Positions 12,882-26,700 of a stretch of 64,000 bases of DNA are shown piece after piece. Position numbers and translations under genes: made by a program. Where the stretch lies: assembly GCF_023055435.1 (NCBI RefSeq), contig NW_025964090.1, positions 3,224,001 to 3,288,000 of the forward strand, in the 5' to 3' direction. Source of the stretch: Haliotis rufescens (lineage: Eukaryota). Positions within the stretch are counted from its first letter, which is position 1; every line of letters begins with the position of its first letter. The notes below the pieces were generated by a model. The model made no database searches, was not told where the DNA came from, and was given only the letters and a program-made list of their open reading frames with translations.

Positions 12882-12889
12882 ATGTCAAG
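12882..12889 (+). CDS. GH26 gene 1, micro-exon 1 (ATG TCA AG|gtaagt)
   Basis: caacATG context, consensus donor, phase 2 matches the exon at 14571. The paralogs share this architecture. Confidence 0.7.
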
Positions 12890-13767
12890 GTAAGTCAGTA
12901 TTTCGGCCAGCTGATAATGAAATAAGATATGAATATTACTATATGAATGTTTTATACTGATTTCATGAATATTAGGCTGTTTATTTTTGGTTTAACGAGG
13001 AATAATTAAATTTTCGTTGTGGTCATGGAAATTCCTGCATTCTGATTAGCTGAATTGGTCACGTGTTATTGCATTCATTTCCCAATGAGTGTAAAAAATT
13101 AAGCCACGCCCACCGCGGCGCACTACTTTTATTACTTCGGAATGTCGGGGAATCCCAATATTACAGTCGAGGGAATTCCCTTTCTGCTCATGTGTATCGT
13201 CATGCACAGGACATTTAGCGACTTTCATGCATATTCATTGTCCAAACTACCCTTTGAAACCGAAGGCCGAGAATGAATGAAACAGCAAACGTGCAGGCTC
13301 GCTCGCCTGTTTTTTTCTCGCTCGCCCCGGTTCAACTTTCATGTCTTCGGGTTTCATTTATAACTAGCATTTCTCCAACTGTGATTTACCGTAATCAGGG
13401 AAGTAATGTTTGAATCACGCAGTAAATGACCATGTTATTTGAAACTGCCGCCTTCTCTCGGACATATTTCTTCCGGTTCGTTACAGTCTGACTGTTGCAG
13501 TTCTTTTCGCCTCTTGCCTTAATTGACAGGTCAAATGAACATTGTTTAAATCCCACTCTCCGTTGATTGGCTACTGACTGTGTAGGCGTGTCAAGTTATG
13601 TGCATAAATTAAACGATCACCTGATTCATGTCACGCCACTGTATGTATTCCTACACCTGGAATGTTTATCAATGTCGTCATTTTTGTCTGTTTTGATATA
13701 TGCAACTGTTTTGGGTTAAACTATTGTAGATAAAACATGTTTTACGTTGTCGAATTTCATTATAAGC

Positions 13768-13917
13768 ATTGACTGTATATTTTTTTCGGTTCATTGAGGT
13801 ATGAATCGAAAAGCCGATGTGCAAACTTTTGTAAGAATCCGCTACGCGGATTCATACAGTTTGCATATCGGCTTTTCGATTCATACCTCAATGAACCGAA
13901 AAAAATACACAGTCAAT
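13768..13917. repeat. ~150-bp near-perfect palindrome
   Basis: attgactg...cggttcattgaggtatgaatcgaaaagccgat with its reverse complement; central gaatccg-cta-cgcggattc hairpin. Confidence 0.9.
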
Positions 13918-14082
13918 CCTTAAATGAATACACATGTTTTCTTACACGAATTTCGTAAAATCAGTGCGAAAACGACGAATATAATGATTTCTTCCTTATC
14001 TAAGTTTTAGTAAATGCTGCAATGAAGATAACATTTTCATCTATTTAAAAACTGTCGAGAAGCTAACATATCAACATATGTT

Positions 14083-14368
14083 GAGTGAGTGAGTGAGTGA
14101 GTTGGGTTTAACGCCGCTTTTAACAGTATTCCAGTTATATCACGGCGTGTCACCTTAATGTGGGAGGAATGCCCGAAGTGATGCAGGGATCAGACAATAA
14201 CCACTTCGGTGAAACCCACGAGCTAGAGTATGGTGCTGATAAACCTAGAAACATTATCAGGGCGAACCGAGATTCGCACCCACAATCATAGGTCTCTGGC
14301 GTTCCCAAGGGACGCAACTCTGCACAGCGAATCACGGCGACTTAGACGACTGGGCCACCCGTGCCTCC
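14083..14368 (-). mobile_element. SINE family B
   Basis: Full-length reverse copy of 603-893. Further copies near 4860-5118, 6946-7203, 40085-40262 and 42330-42470. Confidence 0.85.
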
Positions 14369-14570
14369 ATACCAACATAATATCAAACATATACTACTAT
14401 GTCATCAACTTGTCACCAGAACGCCACGTTTTTATGGAAAGAAACATAACAAAAATAACTAGGGATTATTGGAATGTATGTCTTTTACATTTCCCGGAAT
14501 ATCGAGTACTATATATGACACGAAAATATATTTTATATATGTATTGAACATTTATATATCTCATTTATAG

Positions 14571-14796
14571 GTATGTGTTTTTTGTCTTCGTGCTGCTACC
14601 AATTGTTTTGAGTCAACCCAATGACCGCAATGCCACCCCGGAGACTGTAGCTCTGTACAATCGCCTGAAGGAATTGGCAGCCAACCCTGACACCATTATG
14701 TTTGGTCAAAGTAGTGCCACGTGGATGGGGGCGTCTGGAGGACACGCCCCTTATGACGTCACAACCAACACCAGCAACCGTGGGTGGAGTTTCACG
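14571..14796 (+). CDS. GH26 gene 1, exon 2 (signal peptide plus N-terminus)
   Basis: YVFFVFVLLPIVLSQPNDRNATPETVALYNRLKELAANPDTIMFGQ...GWSFT is homologous to exon 2 of the paralogs and to the DxxATxETxxLY...MFG start of GH26 mannanases. tttatag acceptor, gtatgt donor. Confidence 0.88.
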
Positions 14797-15210
14797 GTAT
14801 GTCAGATGAAGAAATGTTCATTTAAGTTCTCGTTAAAGGGGGACTTTGCTCACTGATATAAAGTTCATTTTCAGTCAGTTTTTTTCAGTGTGAGGTTGTG
14901 ATTAGTGTCGAGCATCAGAAACTATTAGTTTGTGAAAGTGATTTATAAACACATCCTTCTGATATAGTCGACTGCCTCCGTGGTCTAGTGGTAGAGCGTC
15001 CGCCCGGAGAGCGGAAGGTCCGGGGTTCGATCAAATGACGTTTAAAGATGGTACTTGTTGTTACCCTTTCTGGCGCTTGGCATTAAGGGGTTTAAACAAG
15101 AACTGGTCGACTCGGAGTCAGTATACTGTGTCTGAGTGGGGTATTCATGTTAAACGGCGGCATGGTATCTCAGTGAGCTAGCACTGTAAGTAGGCATCAG
15201 TCCGGACTAG

Positions 15211-15539
15211 TGTAGCAGGGCGTGGAGTCATCCCACAGATGGCATCCTTACCTTGTCAGCTTGCTACATTGGCACCCAACGTGGGGCTGAGCACGTTCAT
15301 ATTAAATTTGAGCAAAATAAGCCTAAGCTTAGTACCCTACTATGCGGCCCGGGACGTGCCTTCTGTTGACGGGGAGTATGTAGCAGGGCGTGGAGGCATC
15401 CCACAGATGACATCCTTACCTTGTCAGCTTGCTGACGGGGTTAACCTCTTTTGTCATGTGGACAAGTCGTCCGACCTCGTATCAGAAGGTCCGTGGTTCG
15501 AGTCCCATCACGAGACTCAAAAATTTTATGGCCGCTACA
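15211..15539 (+). mobile_element. TRIM (miniature LTR retrotransposon) with tRNA-like sequence in the LTR, Helenus-like
   Basis: TG...CA LTRs at 15211-15268 (internally deleted) and 15379-15539. tRNA-Lys PBS tggcacccaacgtggggc at 15270. Short purine tract before the 3' LTR. 4-bp TSD ctag/ctac. B-box GGTTCGAGTCC in the LTR. Confidence 0.8.
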
Positions 15540-17687
15540 CTACTACAAGCAGCCACACAGAAACAGAAACACAAAAGACGTAAAAAGTTGGTACATGTTG
15601 TTACCCTGTCTGACGCTCGGCATCAAGGGGCTAAAACAAGGACAAAATCCTTGTCCATAAGCAAAAATATGACCTGAGTGGTCAGAAAGACAATTTTTTC
15701 CCAACTGTATACTTATTAAATTATATACAATTCTGTTCACTCCTTTATGAACAAGTTTATTTACACGTTTTGTATATTTTTATCGACTAACGGTAATGGC
15801 GGAATGGTCGGTACACATGAGAAAACGACAGTGTATATTTCCATTACATTTATGACGTTTATTGAATGAATTTATAACCATCATCACCCTAATCATCTCA
15901 ACGTTAATATCGTGTTACTCATATTTTATGCAGTGCCGCGGATTGCGAAATATGGCGAGATTATTAATGTGGTTACCGCGCTTCTCGATCTTTTTCTGCC
16001 ATGTTTGAACACCAAGCGAATGAAGGCAATTTTTTATTATACACCCATGTCACATACACGTAACTATTATTATATCAAACAGCCAATTTGAAAAAGAAAT
16101 CTGATCGGACTGGTCAGAAAGATTTACTAGTCCCCACTGTACAGTTATTAGCGTAAGAGTACTTACGTTTAGTCGGCCACGGAAGTTTTTTGTTCAAGTA
16201 TTGCATATGTTTATCGACTGTGTGTCATGGCGATTTAGCACGGCGCTATATACCAACTGACAGTGCAGATTGTCTTTTTGTTTATGATGCTGATTTACAG
16301 AAAATATTCAAATCAAAGATATGGAAAGATAGCTAAAATCGTTAATATTAAGTTGGTATAGTGTATATTTATGGGCAGGAGGTTCATGATGAAAACCTAA
16401 ACATTGAATGGCCAAGCCCGAAGTCATCGACAAGGCACGTTCGCATCATATCTGTGCCGCGATTTCGTGTCTACCGGTTGTCCTACATACTCGCCCGTTC
16501 AGACAAATAACTGCTACTTGTTTTCATAAGAAATGACTAAGAGTCATGTGTGATTGCACGTGTGAGTGACTTGCCCTAACTGTTTCACATTTTGTCGCAA
16601 ATGGAGATTTCAAAAGTGTGGCCACGACAACTAACGTGAGTCGACGCCATATTGTAAACAAATTGTGTCAAGGTCGGTTCCACATGTGGTAGCTCGGCCC
16701 CCGTTTCTGTCGATGGTACACGCGATACAAACATAATGCAACTACTGAAAACATCAACATAACTTCTACAATGATGACATCAATACCTTTTTGTATTTGG
16801 ATTAACCGCTTATGGATACGCTGTGCTGTAAAGTTCGATTTCGATTTGTTTTTCCTTTCATTGAAACTGTGATAATGGCGCTGTGATTGGTTTGCTGAAA
16901 TAGTATTTTCCATGAGTCTAATGTACATGGTACATGCTTTGATTGTAGAAGATAATTGATAACCAATTGTGTATGCATATATATCATCAAATACACATTA
17001 CTAATCTCTTCAGAAAATGGAATATATTATAGCTCGTTTTCAAACATTCTGCCATGGATATTAGATCAAAAATTAATATTAGATTCACAAATTATTTATG
17101 GACACTGTACTCTCGATTAACGTATGACAATCTAGACTATTGCAAGTCTTCAAGTCTTATTTGATATGTCATCTATAATGTCAGCAATGAGTAAAATTAA
17201 TTTTATTTCGTTACAATCCCTTTAAACCCAACTCACTCACTCACTCGGCAAGGGAACAGGCCCTTGTCTTGATCTCTCATCAGGTACATGATGTTTTCCA
17301 TGTGTCAATATACTGACTTCGAGTACCATCAATATCAGGATCTGATATCCCGCTCCAAACCTTCTTGTCAGGTGGCGTCCCCCTTAACGTTTTTCAAACA
17401 TTCCGTTATAATACATTTGATCAACCCAACAACATGTCGACGGAATCGAGTTTGAGCATTTGGTATGAACCCCTTGTAAACTCCAGTGAATGTCTGATTT
17501 CCAAGCAGTTTGTACATGGAGAGAAAATGCTTTTCCAATGACATGCTTGTCATGCTGCGAACAAGGCGTGTGGCTTTGTCTGGTCGTATACTGTAAGGTT
17601 TAAATATAACATGTACTTGTATGTTGCCCTTTCCAGCAAATGTACAGAGTTAACGTTCGGATTTGTGTAGTGACTGTTGGTTGCCGT

Positions 17688-17791
17688 CACAGGGCCACGT
17701 ATAGCCATACTATACTGACTGAACTGATTACATTAAAAAAATGTAATGTAATCAGTACAGTCAGTATAGTATGGCTATACGTGGCCCTGTG
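17688..17791. mobile_element. 104-bp fold-back MITE (P- or hAT-type)
   Basis: Almost entirely palindromic, with ends CACAGGG...CCCTGTG and 8-bp TSD gttgccgt. The empty site is visible in the other array units. Confidence 0.88.
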
Positions 17792-20700
17792 GTTGCCGTC
17801 ACATGATATGACTTGAATGCGTGTGCCTAGATGAGATCGCGTAGTTGTAAAAAGGAGAGGATTCTCCGTAACTATCATGTTGTGTGGTTAACACAGGTAT
17901 AATTAGTAAGTCTTTGTTTGGAAATTAAATCAGCAAGTCGCAGACGTAGTTATAACATGAGACCGCCTTTGTGCCATCAGTAACTAGTTGCTTGAAGGAA
18001 GTTATTTGGTGTATATTATAGAATGTTCACTTCATTTACTCGGCAGGTGCAACGATGCTTCAGATTGTTTTTAAATAGAATTCAGTTGTAAGTATGAGGG
18101 TCCTTTCCAAATACTCCCGCATGTATTACTGTAAAAACGCCAGTGGTCTACCCGAACTTGGTTTCGTTACTATGATTTGATGTGCGTTCTTTGCTGTAAA
18201 TTTTGTGTATTTTGTTTTTAACCTGTGCTAATTCATGACAGAGAGCATCTTATTGGGTTGATAAAGGGACCGTGTTTGTCTCAGTGGCTCGTATAATCAG
18301 GAGCGACGCTTGCCAAATAGTTACAGGGGTCCACAAACGGTTTACGACACAGCGGTGATGTCGTTAAGCAGGAATCTGTGACGTCAACAATGAAGCAACG
18401 TCATTGTTTATTGTGTCCCCATAAGTAATGACATCACAGAATAGATACGTCGACAATCATCTGACGTCATAGACAATCAGATTATCGGCAGTGTACGCTG
18501 CCGGAGGACGTGTTGCTTTGTGGGTGTATTACAAAAGCAGGTTTTGTTGTGACAGGAACGGGATTAGGCAGAGGTAAGTCAGAGGCCATATTCTTTGATG
18601 CGAAACCATTTTCTTTCAATATTCAAACAGACCTTCGCGTTATGCAGTGACTTGTGTTCACTGCAGACGACTGTTTAGATTTGGTGATTGTATACTAAAT
18701 TCCTCTGTCTAGTAATTTAGTATGAATAATAGATAAAGCTTATGGTGACGAGGAAAATGTTCTTGGCAGTGTCGGCATTGTGGTAGTGAATGAATGGGCT
18801 TGCTACGAGCGTTAAATTTGCTTTTAATTGAATGTGATTGGATAACTAGTATGTTGCCCTTTCCAGGAAATGTACAGAGTTAACGTTCGGATTTGTGTAG
18901 TGACTGTTGGTTGCCGTCACATAATATAACTTGAATGTGTGTGCCTAGATGAGATCGCGTAGTTGTTAAAAGGAAAGTATCACTTGTGTTGAGGTTGATG
19001 TTCAGATGGATCCATTCCTGTGGTGTATTGAAGTCGCAGTCAGTAAGGAAAAGCATTCTGTTGTCATCCTCCGTAACTATCATGTTGTGTGGTTAACACA
19101 GGTATAATTAGTAAGTCTTTGTTTGGAAATTAAATCAGCAAGTCGCAGACGTAGTTATAACATGATACCGCCTTTGTGCCATCAGTAACTATTTGCTTGA
19201 AGGAAGTTATTTGGTGTATATTATAGAATGTTCACTTCATTTACTCGGCAGGTGCAACGATGTTTCAGATTGTTTTTAAATAGAATTCAGTTGTAAGTAT
19301 GAGGGTCCTTTCCAAATACTCCCGCATGTATTACTGTAAACACGCCAGTGGTCTGTCTACCTGAGGTTGGTTTCGTTGCTAGGATTTGATGTGCGTTCTT
19401 TGCTGTAAATTTTGTGCATTTTGTTTGCAAACTGTGCTAATTCATGACATAGAGCATCGTATTGGGTTGATAAAGGGACCGTGTCTGTCTCAGTGGCCCG
19501 TATAATCAGGAGCGACCCTTGCCAAATAGTTACAGGTGTCCACAAACGGTTTACGACACAGTTGTGATGTCGTTAAGCAGGAATCTGTGACGTCAACAAT
19601 GAAGCAACGTCATTGTTTATTGTGTCCCCATAAGTAATGACATCACAGAATAGATACATCGACAATCAGCTGACGTCATAGACAATCAGATTATCGGCAG
19701 TGTACGCTGCCGGAGGACGTGTTGCTTTGTGGGTGTATTACAAAAGCAGGTTTTGTTGTGACAGGACCGGGATTAGGCAGAGGTAAGTCAGAGGCTATAT
19801 TCTTAGATGCGAAACCATTTTCTTTCAATATTCAAACAGACCTTCGCGTTATGCAGTGACGTGTGTTCACTGCAGACGACTGTTTAGATTTGGTGATTGT
19901 ATCCTAAATTCCTCTGTCTAGTAATTTAGTATGAAAAATAGACAAAGCTTATGGTGACCAGGAAAATGTTCTTGGCAGTGTCGGCATTGTGGTAGTGAAT
20001 GAATGGTCTTGCTACGAGCGTTAAATTTGCTTTTAATTGAATGTGATTGGATGACTAGTATGTTGCCCTTTCCAGGAAATGTACAGAGTTAACGTTCGGA
20101 TTTGTGTAGTGACTATTGGTTGCCGTCACATAACATGACTTGAATGTGTGTGCCTAGATGAGATGGCGTCGTTGTTAAAAGGAAAGTATCACTTGTGTTG
20201 AGGTTGATGTTCAGATGGATCCATTCCTGTGGTGTATTGAAGTCGCAGTCAGTAAGGAAAAGCATTCTGTTGTCATCCTCCGTAACTATCATGTTGTGTG
20301 GTTAACACAGGTATAATTAGTAAGTCTTTGTTTGGAAATTAAATTAGCAAGTCGCAGACGTAGTTATAACATGAGACCGCCTTTGTGCCATCAGTAACTA
20401 TTTGCTTGAAGGAAGTTATTTGGTGTATATTATAGAATGTTCACTTCATTTACTCGGCAGGTGCAACGATGTTTCAGATTGTTTTTAAATAGAATTCAGT
20501 TGTAAGTATGAGGGTCCTTTCCAAATACTCCCGCATGTATTCCTGTAAAAGCGCCAGTGGTCTACCTGAGGTTGGTTTCGTTGCTATGATTTGATGTGCG
20601 TTCTTTGCTGTAAATTTTGTGTATTTTGTTTTTAACCTGTGCTAAATCATGACAGAGAGCATCGTATTGGGATGATAAAGGGACCGTGTTTGTCTCAGTG

Positions 20701-23700
20701 GCCCGTATAATCAGGAGCGACGCTTGCCAAATAATTACAGGGGTCCACAAACGGTTTAGGACACAGCGGTGATGTCGTTAAGCAGGAATCTGTGACGTCA
20801 ACAATGAAGCAACGTCATTGTTTATTGTGTCCCCATAAGTAATGACATCACAGAATAAATACGTCGACAATCAGCTGACGTCATAGACAATCAGATTATC
20901 GGCAGTGTACGCTGCCGGAGGACGTGTTGCTTTGTGGGTGTATTACAAAAGCAGGTTTTGTTGTGACAGGAACGGGATTAGGCAGAGGTAAGTCAGAGGC
21001 CATATTCTTTGATGCAAAACCATTTTCTTTCAATATTCAAACAGACCTTCGCGTTATGCAGTGACTTGTGTTCACTGCAGACGACTGTTTAGATTTGGTG
21101 ATTGTATACTAAATTCCTCTGTCTAGTAATTTAGTATGAAAAATAGACAAAGCTTATGGTGACCAGGAAAATGTTCTTGGCAGTGTCGGCATTGTGGTAG
21201 TGAATGAATGGTCTTGCTACGAGCGTTAAATTTGCTTTTAATTGAATGTGATTGGATAACTAGTATGCTGCCCTTTCCAGGAAATGTACAGAGTTAACGT
21301 TCGGATTTGTGTGGTGACTATTGGTTGCCGTCACATAATATAACTTCAATGTGTGTGCCTAGATGAGTTCGGGTAGTTGTTAAAAGGAAAGTATCACTTG
21401 TGTTGAGGTTGGTGTTCAGATGGATCCATTCCTGTGGTGTATTGAAGTCGCAGTCAGTAAGGAAAAGCATTCTGTTGTCATCCTCCGTAATTATCATGTT
21501 GTGTGGTTAACACAGGTATAATTAGTAAGTCTTTGTTTGGAAATTAAATCAGCAAGTCGCAGACGTAGTTGTAACATGAGACCGCCTTTGTGCCATCAGT
21601 AACTATTTGCTTGAAGGAAGTTATTTGGTATATGTTATAGAATGTTCACTTCATTTACTCGGCAGGTGCAACGATGCTTCAGATTGTTTTTAAATAGAAT
21701 TCAGTTGTAAGTATGAGGGTCCTTTCCAAATACTCCCGCATGTATTACTGTAAACACGCCAGTGGTCTGTCTGCCTGAGGTTGGTTTCGTTGCTATGATT
21801 TGATGTGCGTTCTTTGCTGTAAATTTTGTGCATTTTGTTTGCAAACTGTGCTAATTCATGACAGAGAGCATCGTATTGGGTTGATAAAGGGACCGTGTCT
21901 GTCTCAGTGGCCCGTATAATCAGGAGCGACCCTTGCCAAATAGTTACAGGGGTCCACAAACGGTTTAGGACACAGTTGTGATGTCGTTAAGCAGGAATCT
22001 GTGACGTCAACAATGAAGCAACGTCATTGTTTATTGTGTCCCCATAAGTAATGACATCACAGAATAGATACATCGACATTCAGCTGACGTCATAGACAAT
22101 CAGATTATCGGCAGTGTACGCTGCCGGAGGACGTGTTGCTTTGTGGGTGTATTACAAAAGCAGGTTTTGTTGTGACAGGACCTGGATTAGGCAGAGGTAA
22201 GTCAGAGGCTATATTCTTAGATGCGAAACCATTTTCTTTCAATATTCAAACAGACCTTCGCGTTATGCAGTGACGTGTGTTCACTGCAGACGACTGTTTA
22301 GATTTGGTGATTGTATCCTAAATTCCTCTGTCTAGTAATTTAGTATGAAAAATAGACAAAGCTTATGGTGACCAGGAAAATGTTCTTGGCAGTGTCGGCA
22401 TTGTGGTAGTGAATGAATGGTCTTGCTACGAGCGTTAAATTTGCTTTTAATTGAATGTGATTGGATGACTAGTATGTTGCCCTTTCCAGGAAATGTACAG
22501 AGTTAACGTTCGGATTTGTGTAGTGACTATAGGTTGCCGTCACATAACATGACTTGAATGTGTGTGCCTAGATGAGATGGCGTCGTTGTTAAAAGGAAAG
22601 TATCACTTGTGTTGAGGTTGATGTTCAGATGGATCCATTCCTGTGGTGTATTAATTGCAGTCAGTAAGGAAAAGCATTCTGTTGTCATCCTCCGTAACTA
22701 TCATGTTGTGTGGTTAACACAGGTATAATTAGTAAGTCTTTGTATGGAAATTAAATCAGCAAGTCGCAGACGTAATTATAACATGAGACCGCCTTTGTGC
22801 CATCAGTAACTATTTGCTTGAAGGAAGTTATTTGGTATATGTTATAGAATGTTCACTTCATTTACTCGGCATGTGCAACGATGCTTCAGATTGTTTTTAA
22901 ATAGAATTCAGTTGTAAGTATGAGGGTCCTTTCCAAATACTCCCGCATGTATTACTGTAAACACGCCAGTGGTCTGTCTACCTGAGGTTGGTTTCGTTGC
23001 TATGATTTGATGTGCGTTCTTTGCTGTAAATTTGTGCATTTTGTTTGCAAACTGTGCTAATTCATGACAGAGAGCATCGTATTGGGTTGATAAAGGGACC
23101 GTGTCTGTCTCAGTGGCCCGTATAATCAGGAGCGACCCTTGACAAATAGTTACAGGGGTCCACAAACGGTTTACGACACAGTTGTGATGTCGTTAAGCAG
23201 GAATCTGTGACGTCAACAATGAAGCAACGTCATTGTTTATTGTGTCCCCATAAGTAATGACATCACAGAATAGATACGTCGAAAATCAGCTGACGTCATA
23301 GACAATCAGATTATCGGCAGTGTACGCTGCCGGAGGACGTGTTGCTTTCGGGATGTATTACAAAAGCAGGTTTTGTTGTGACAGGAACGGGATTAGGCAG
23401 AGGTAAGTCAGAGGCTATATTCTTTGATGCGAAACCATTTTCTTTCAATATTCAAACAGACCTTCGCGTTATGTAGTGACGTGTGTTCACTACAGACGAC
23501 TGTTTAGATTTGGTGATTGTATACTAAATTCCTCTGTCTAGTAATTTAGTATGAAAAATAGACAAAGCTTATGGTGACCAGGAAAATGTTCTTGGCAGTG
23601 TCGGCATTGTGGTAGTGAATGAATGGTCTTGCTACGAGCGTTAAATTTGCTTTTAATTGAATGTGATTGGATGACTAGTATGTTGCCCTTTCAGAGTTAC

Positions 23701-26700
23701 AGAGTTAACGTTCGGATTTATTTCATTTACTCGGCATGTGCAACGATGCTTCAGATTGTTTTTAAATAGAATTCAGTTGTAAGTATGAGGGTCCTTTCCA
23801 AATACTCCCGCATGTATTACTGTAAAAACGCCAGTGGTCTGTCTACCTGAGGTTGGTTTCGTTGCTATGATTTGATGTGCGTTCTTTGCTGTAAATTTTG
23901 TGCATTTTGTTTGCAAACTGTGCTAATTCATGACAGAGAGCATCGTATTGGGTTGATAAAGGGACCGTGTCTGTCTCAGTGGCCCGTATAATCAGGAACG
24001 ACCCTTGCCAAATAGTTACAGGGGTCCACAAACGGTTTAGGACACAGTTGTGATGTCGTTAAGCAGGAATTTGTGACGTCAACAATGAAGCAACGTCATT
24101 GTTTATTGTGTCCCCATGAGTAATGACATCACAGAATAGATACGTCGACAATCAGCTGACGTCATAGACAATCAGATTATCGGCAGTGTACGCTGCCGGA
24201 GGACGTGTTGCTTTCGGGATGTTTCACAAAAGCAGGTTTTGTTGTGACAGGAACGGGATTAGGCAGAGGTAAGTCAGAGGCTATATTCTTTGATGCGAAA
24301 CCATTTTCTTTCAATATTCAAACAGACCTTCGCGTTATGCAATGACGTGTGTTCACTGCAGACGACTGTTTAGATTTGGTGATTGTATACTAAATTCCTC
24401 TGTCTAGTAATTTAGTATGAAAAATAGACAAAGCTTATGGTGACGAGGAAAATGTTCTTGGCAGTGTCGGCATTGTGGTATTGAATGAATGGTCTTGCTT
24501 CGAGCGTTAAATTTGCTTTTAATTGAATGTGATTGGATAACTAGTATGTTGCCCTTTCCAGGAAATGTACAGAGTTAACGTTCGGATTTGTGTAGTGACT
24601 ATTGGTTGCCGTCACATAACATGACTTGAATGTGTGTGCCTAGATGAGATGGCGTCGTTGTTAAAAGGAAAGTATCACTTGTGTTGAGGTTGATGTTCAG
24701 ATGGATCCATTCCTGTGGTGTATTGAAGTCGCAGTCAGTAAGGAAAAGCATTCTGTTGTCATCCTCCGTAACTATCATGTTTTGTGGTTAACACAGGTAT
24801 AATTAGTAAGTCTTTGTTTGGAAATTAAATCAGCAAGTCGCAGACGTAGTTATAACATGATACCGCGTTTGTGCCATCAGTAACTATTTGCTTGAAGGAA
24901 GTTATTTGGTGTATATTATAGAATGTTCACTTCATTTACTCGGCAGGTGCAACGATGCTTTAGATTGTTTTTAAATAGAATTCAGTTGTAAGTATGAGGG
25001 TCCTTTCCAAATACTCCCGCATGTATTACTGTAAAAACGCCAGTGGTCTACCCGAGCTTGGTTTCGTTGCTAGGATTTGATGTGCGTTCTTTGCTGTAAA
25101 TTTGTGCATTTTGTTTGCAAACTGTGCTAATTCATGACAGAGAGCATCGTATTGGGTTGATAAAGGGACCGTGTCTGTCTCAGTGGCCCGTATAATCAGG
25201 AGCGACCCTTGCCAAATAGTTACAGGTGTCCACAAACGGTTTACGACACAGTTGTGATGTCGTTAAGCAGGAATCTGTGACGTCAACAATGAAGCAACGT
25301 CATTGTTTATTGTGTCCCCATAAGTAATGACATCACAGAATAGATACGTCGAAAATCAGCTGACGTCATAGACAATCAGATTATCGGCAGTGTACGCTGC
25401 CGGAGGACGTGTTGCTTTCGGGATGTATCACAAAAGCAGGTTTTGTTGTGACAGGAACGGGATTAGGCAGAGGTAAGTCAGAGGCTATATTCTTTGATGC
25501 GAAACCATTTTCTTTCAATATTCAAACAGACCTTCGCGTTATGTAGTGACGTGTGTTCACTACAGACGACTGTTTAGATTTGGTGATTGTATACTAAATT
25601 CCTCTGTCTAGTAATTTAGTATGAAAAATAGACAAAGCTTATGGTGACCAGGAAAATGTTCTTGGCAGTGTCGGCATTGTGGTAGTGAATGAATGGTCTT
25701 GCTACGAGCGTTAAATTTGCTTTTAATTGAATGTGATTGGATGACTAGTATGTTGCCCTTTCAGAGTTACAGAGTTAACGTTCGGATTTATTTCATTTAC
25801 TCGGCATGTGCAACGATGCTTCAGATTGTTTTTAAATAGAATTCAGTTGTAAGTATGAGGGTCCTTTCCAAATACTCCCGCATGTATTACTGTAAAAACG
25901 CCAGTGGTCTGTCTACCTGAGGTTGGTTTCGTTGCTAGGATTTGATGTGCGTTCTTTGCTGTAAATTTTGTGCATTTTGTTTGCAAACTGTGCTAATTCA
26001 TGACAGAGAGCATCGTATTGGGTTGATAAAGGGACCGTGTCTGTCTCAGTGGCCCGTATAATCAGGAACGACCCTTGCCAAATAGTTACAGGGGTCCACA
26101 AACGGTTTAGGACACAGTTGTGATGTCGTTAAGCAGGAATTTGTGACGTCAACAATGAAGCAACGTCATTGTTTATTGTGTCCCCATGAGTAATGACATC
26201 ACAGAATAGATACGTCGACAATCAGCTGACGTCATAGACAATAAGATTATCGGCAGTGTACGCTGCCGGAGGACGTGTTGCTTTCGGGATGTTTCACAAA
26301 AGCAGGTTTTGTTGTGACAGGAACGGGATTAGGCAGAGGTAAGTCAGAGGCTATATTCTTTGATGCGAAACCATTTTCTTTCAATATTCAAACAGACCTT
26401 CGCGTTATGCAATGACGTGTGTTCACTGCAGACGACTGTTTAGATTTGGTGATTGTATACTAAATTCCTCTGTCTAGTAATTTAGTATGAAAAATAGACA
26501 AAGCTTATGGTGACGAGGAAAATGTTCTTGGCAGTGTCGGCATTGTGGTAGTGAATGAATGGTCTTGCTACGAGCGTTAAATTTGCTTTTAATTGAATGT
26601 GATTGGATGACTAGTATGTTGCCCTTTCCAGGAAATGTACAGAGTTAACGTTCGGATTTGTGTAGTGACTATTGGTTGCCGTCACATAACATGACTTGAA

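Noticed and set aside
13380-13570. MTO1 promoter and first exon (Ets-like CCGGAAG, CCAAT, minus-strand donor at 13389)
   Set aside because: The motifs are short and probably lie inside a transposon-like segment; no independent support.
18760-18830. miR-34-like start (tggcagtgtc) in the array unit
   Set aside because: Only the first ~10 nt match and the surrounding fold is weak and G-U rich.
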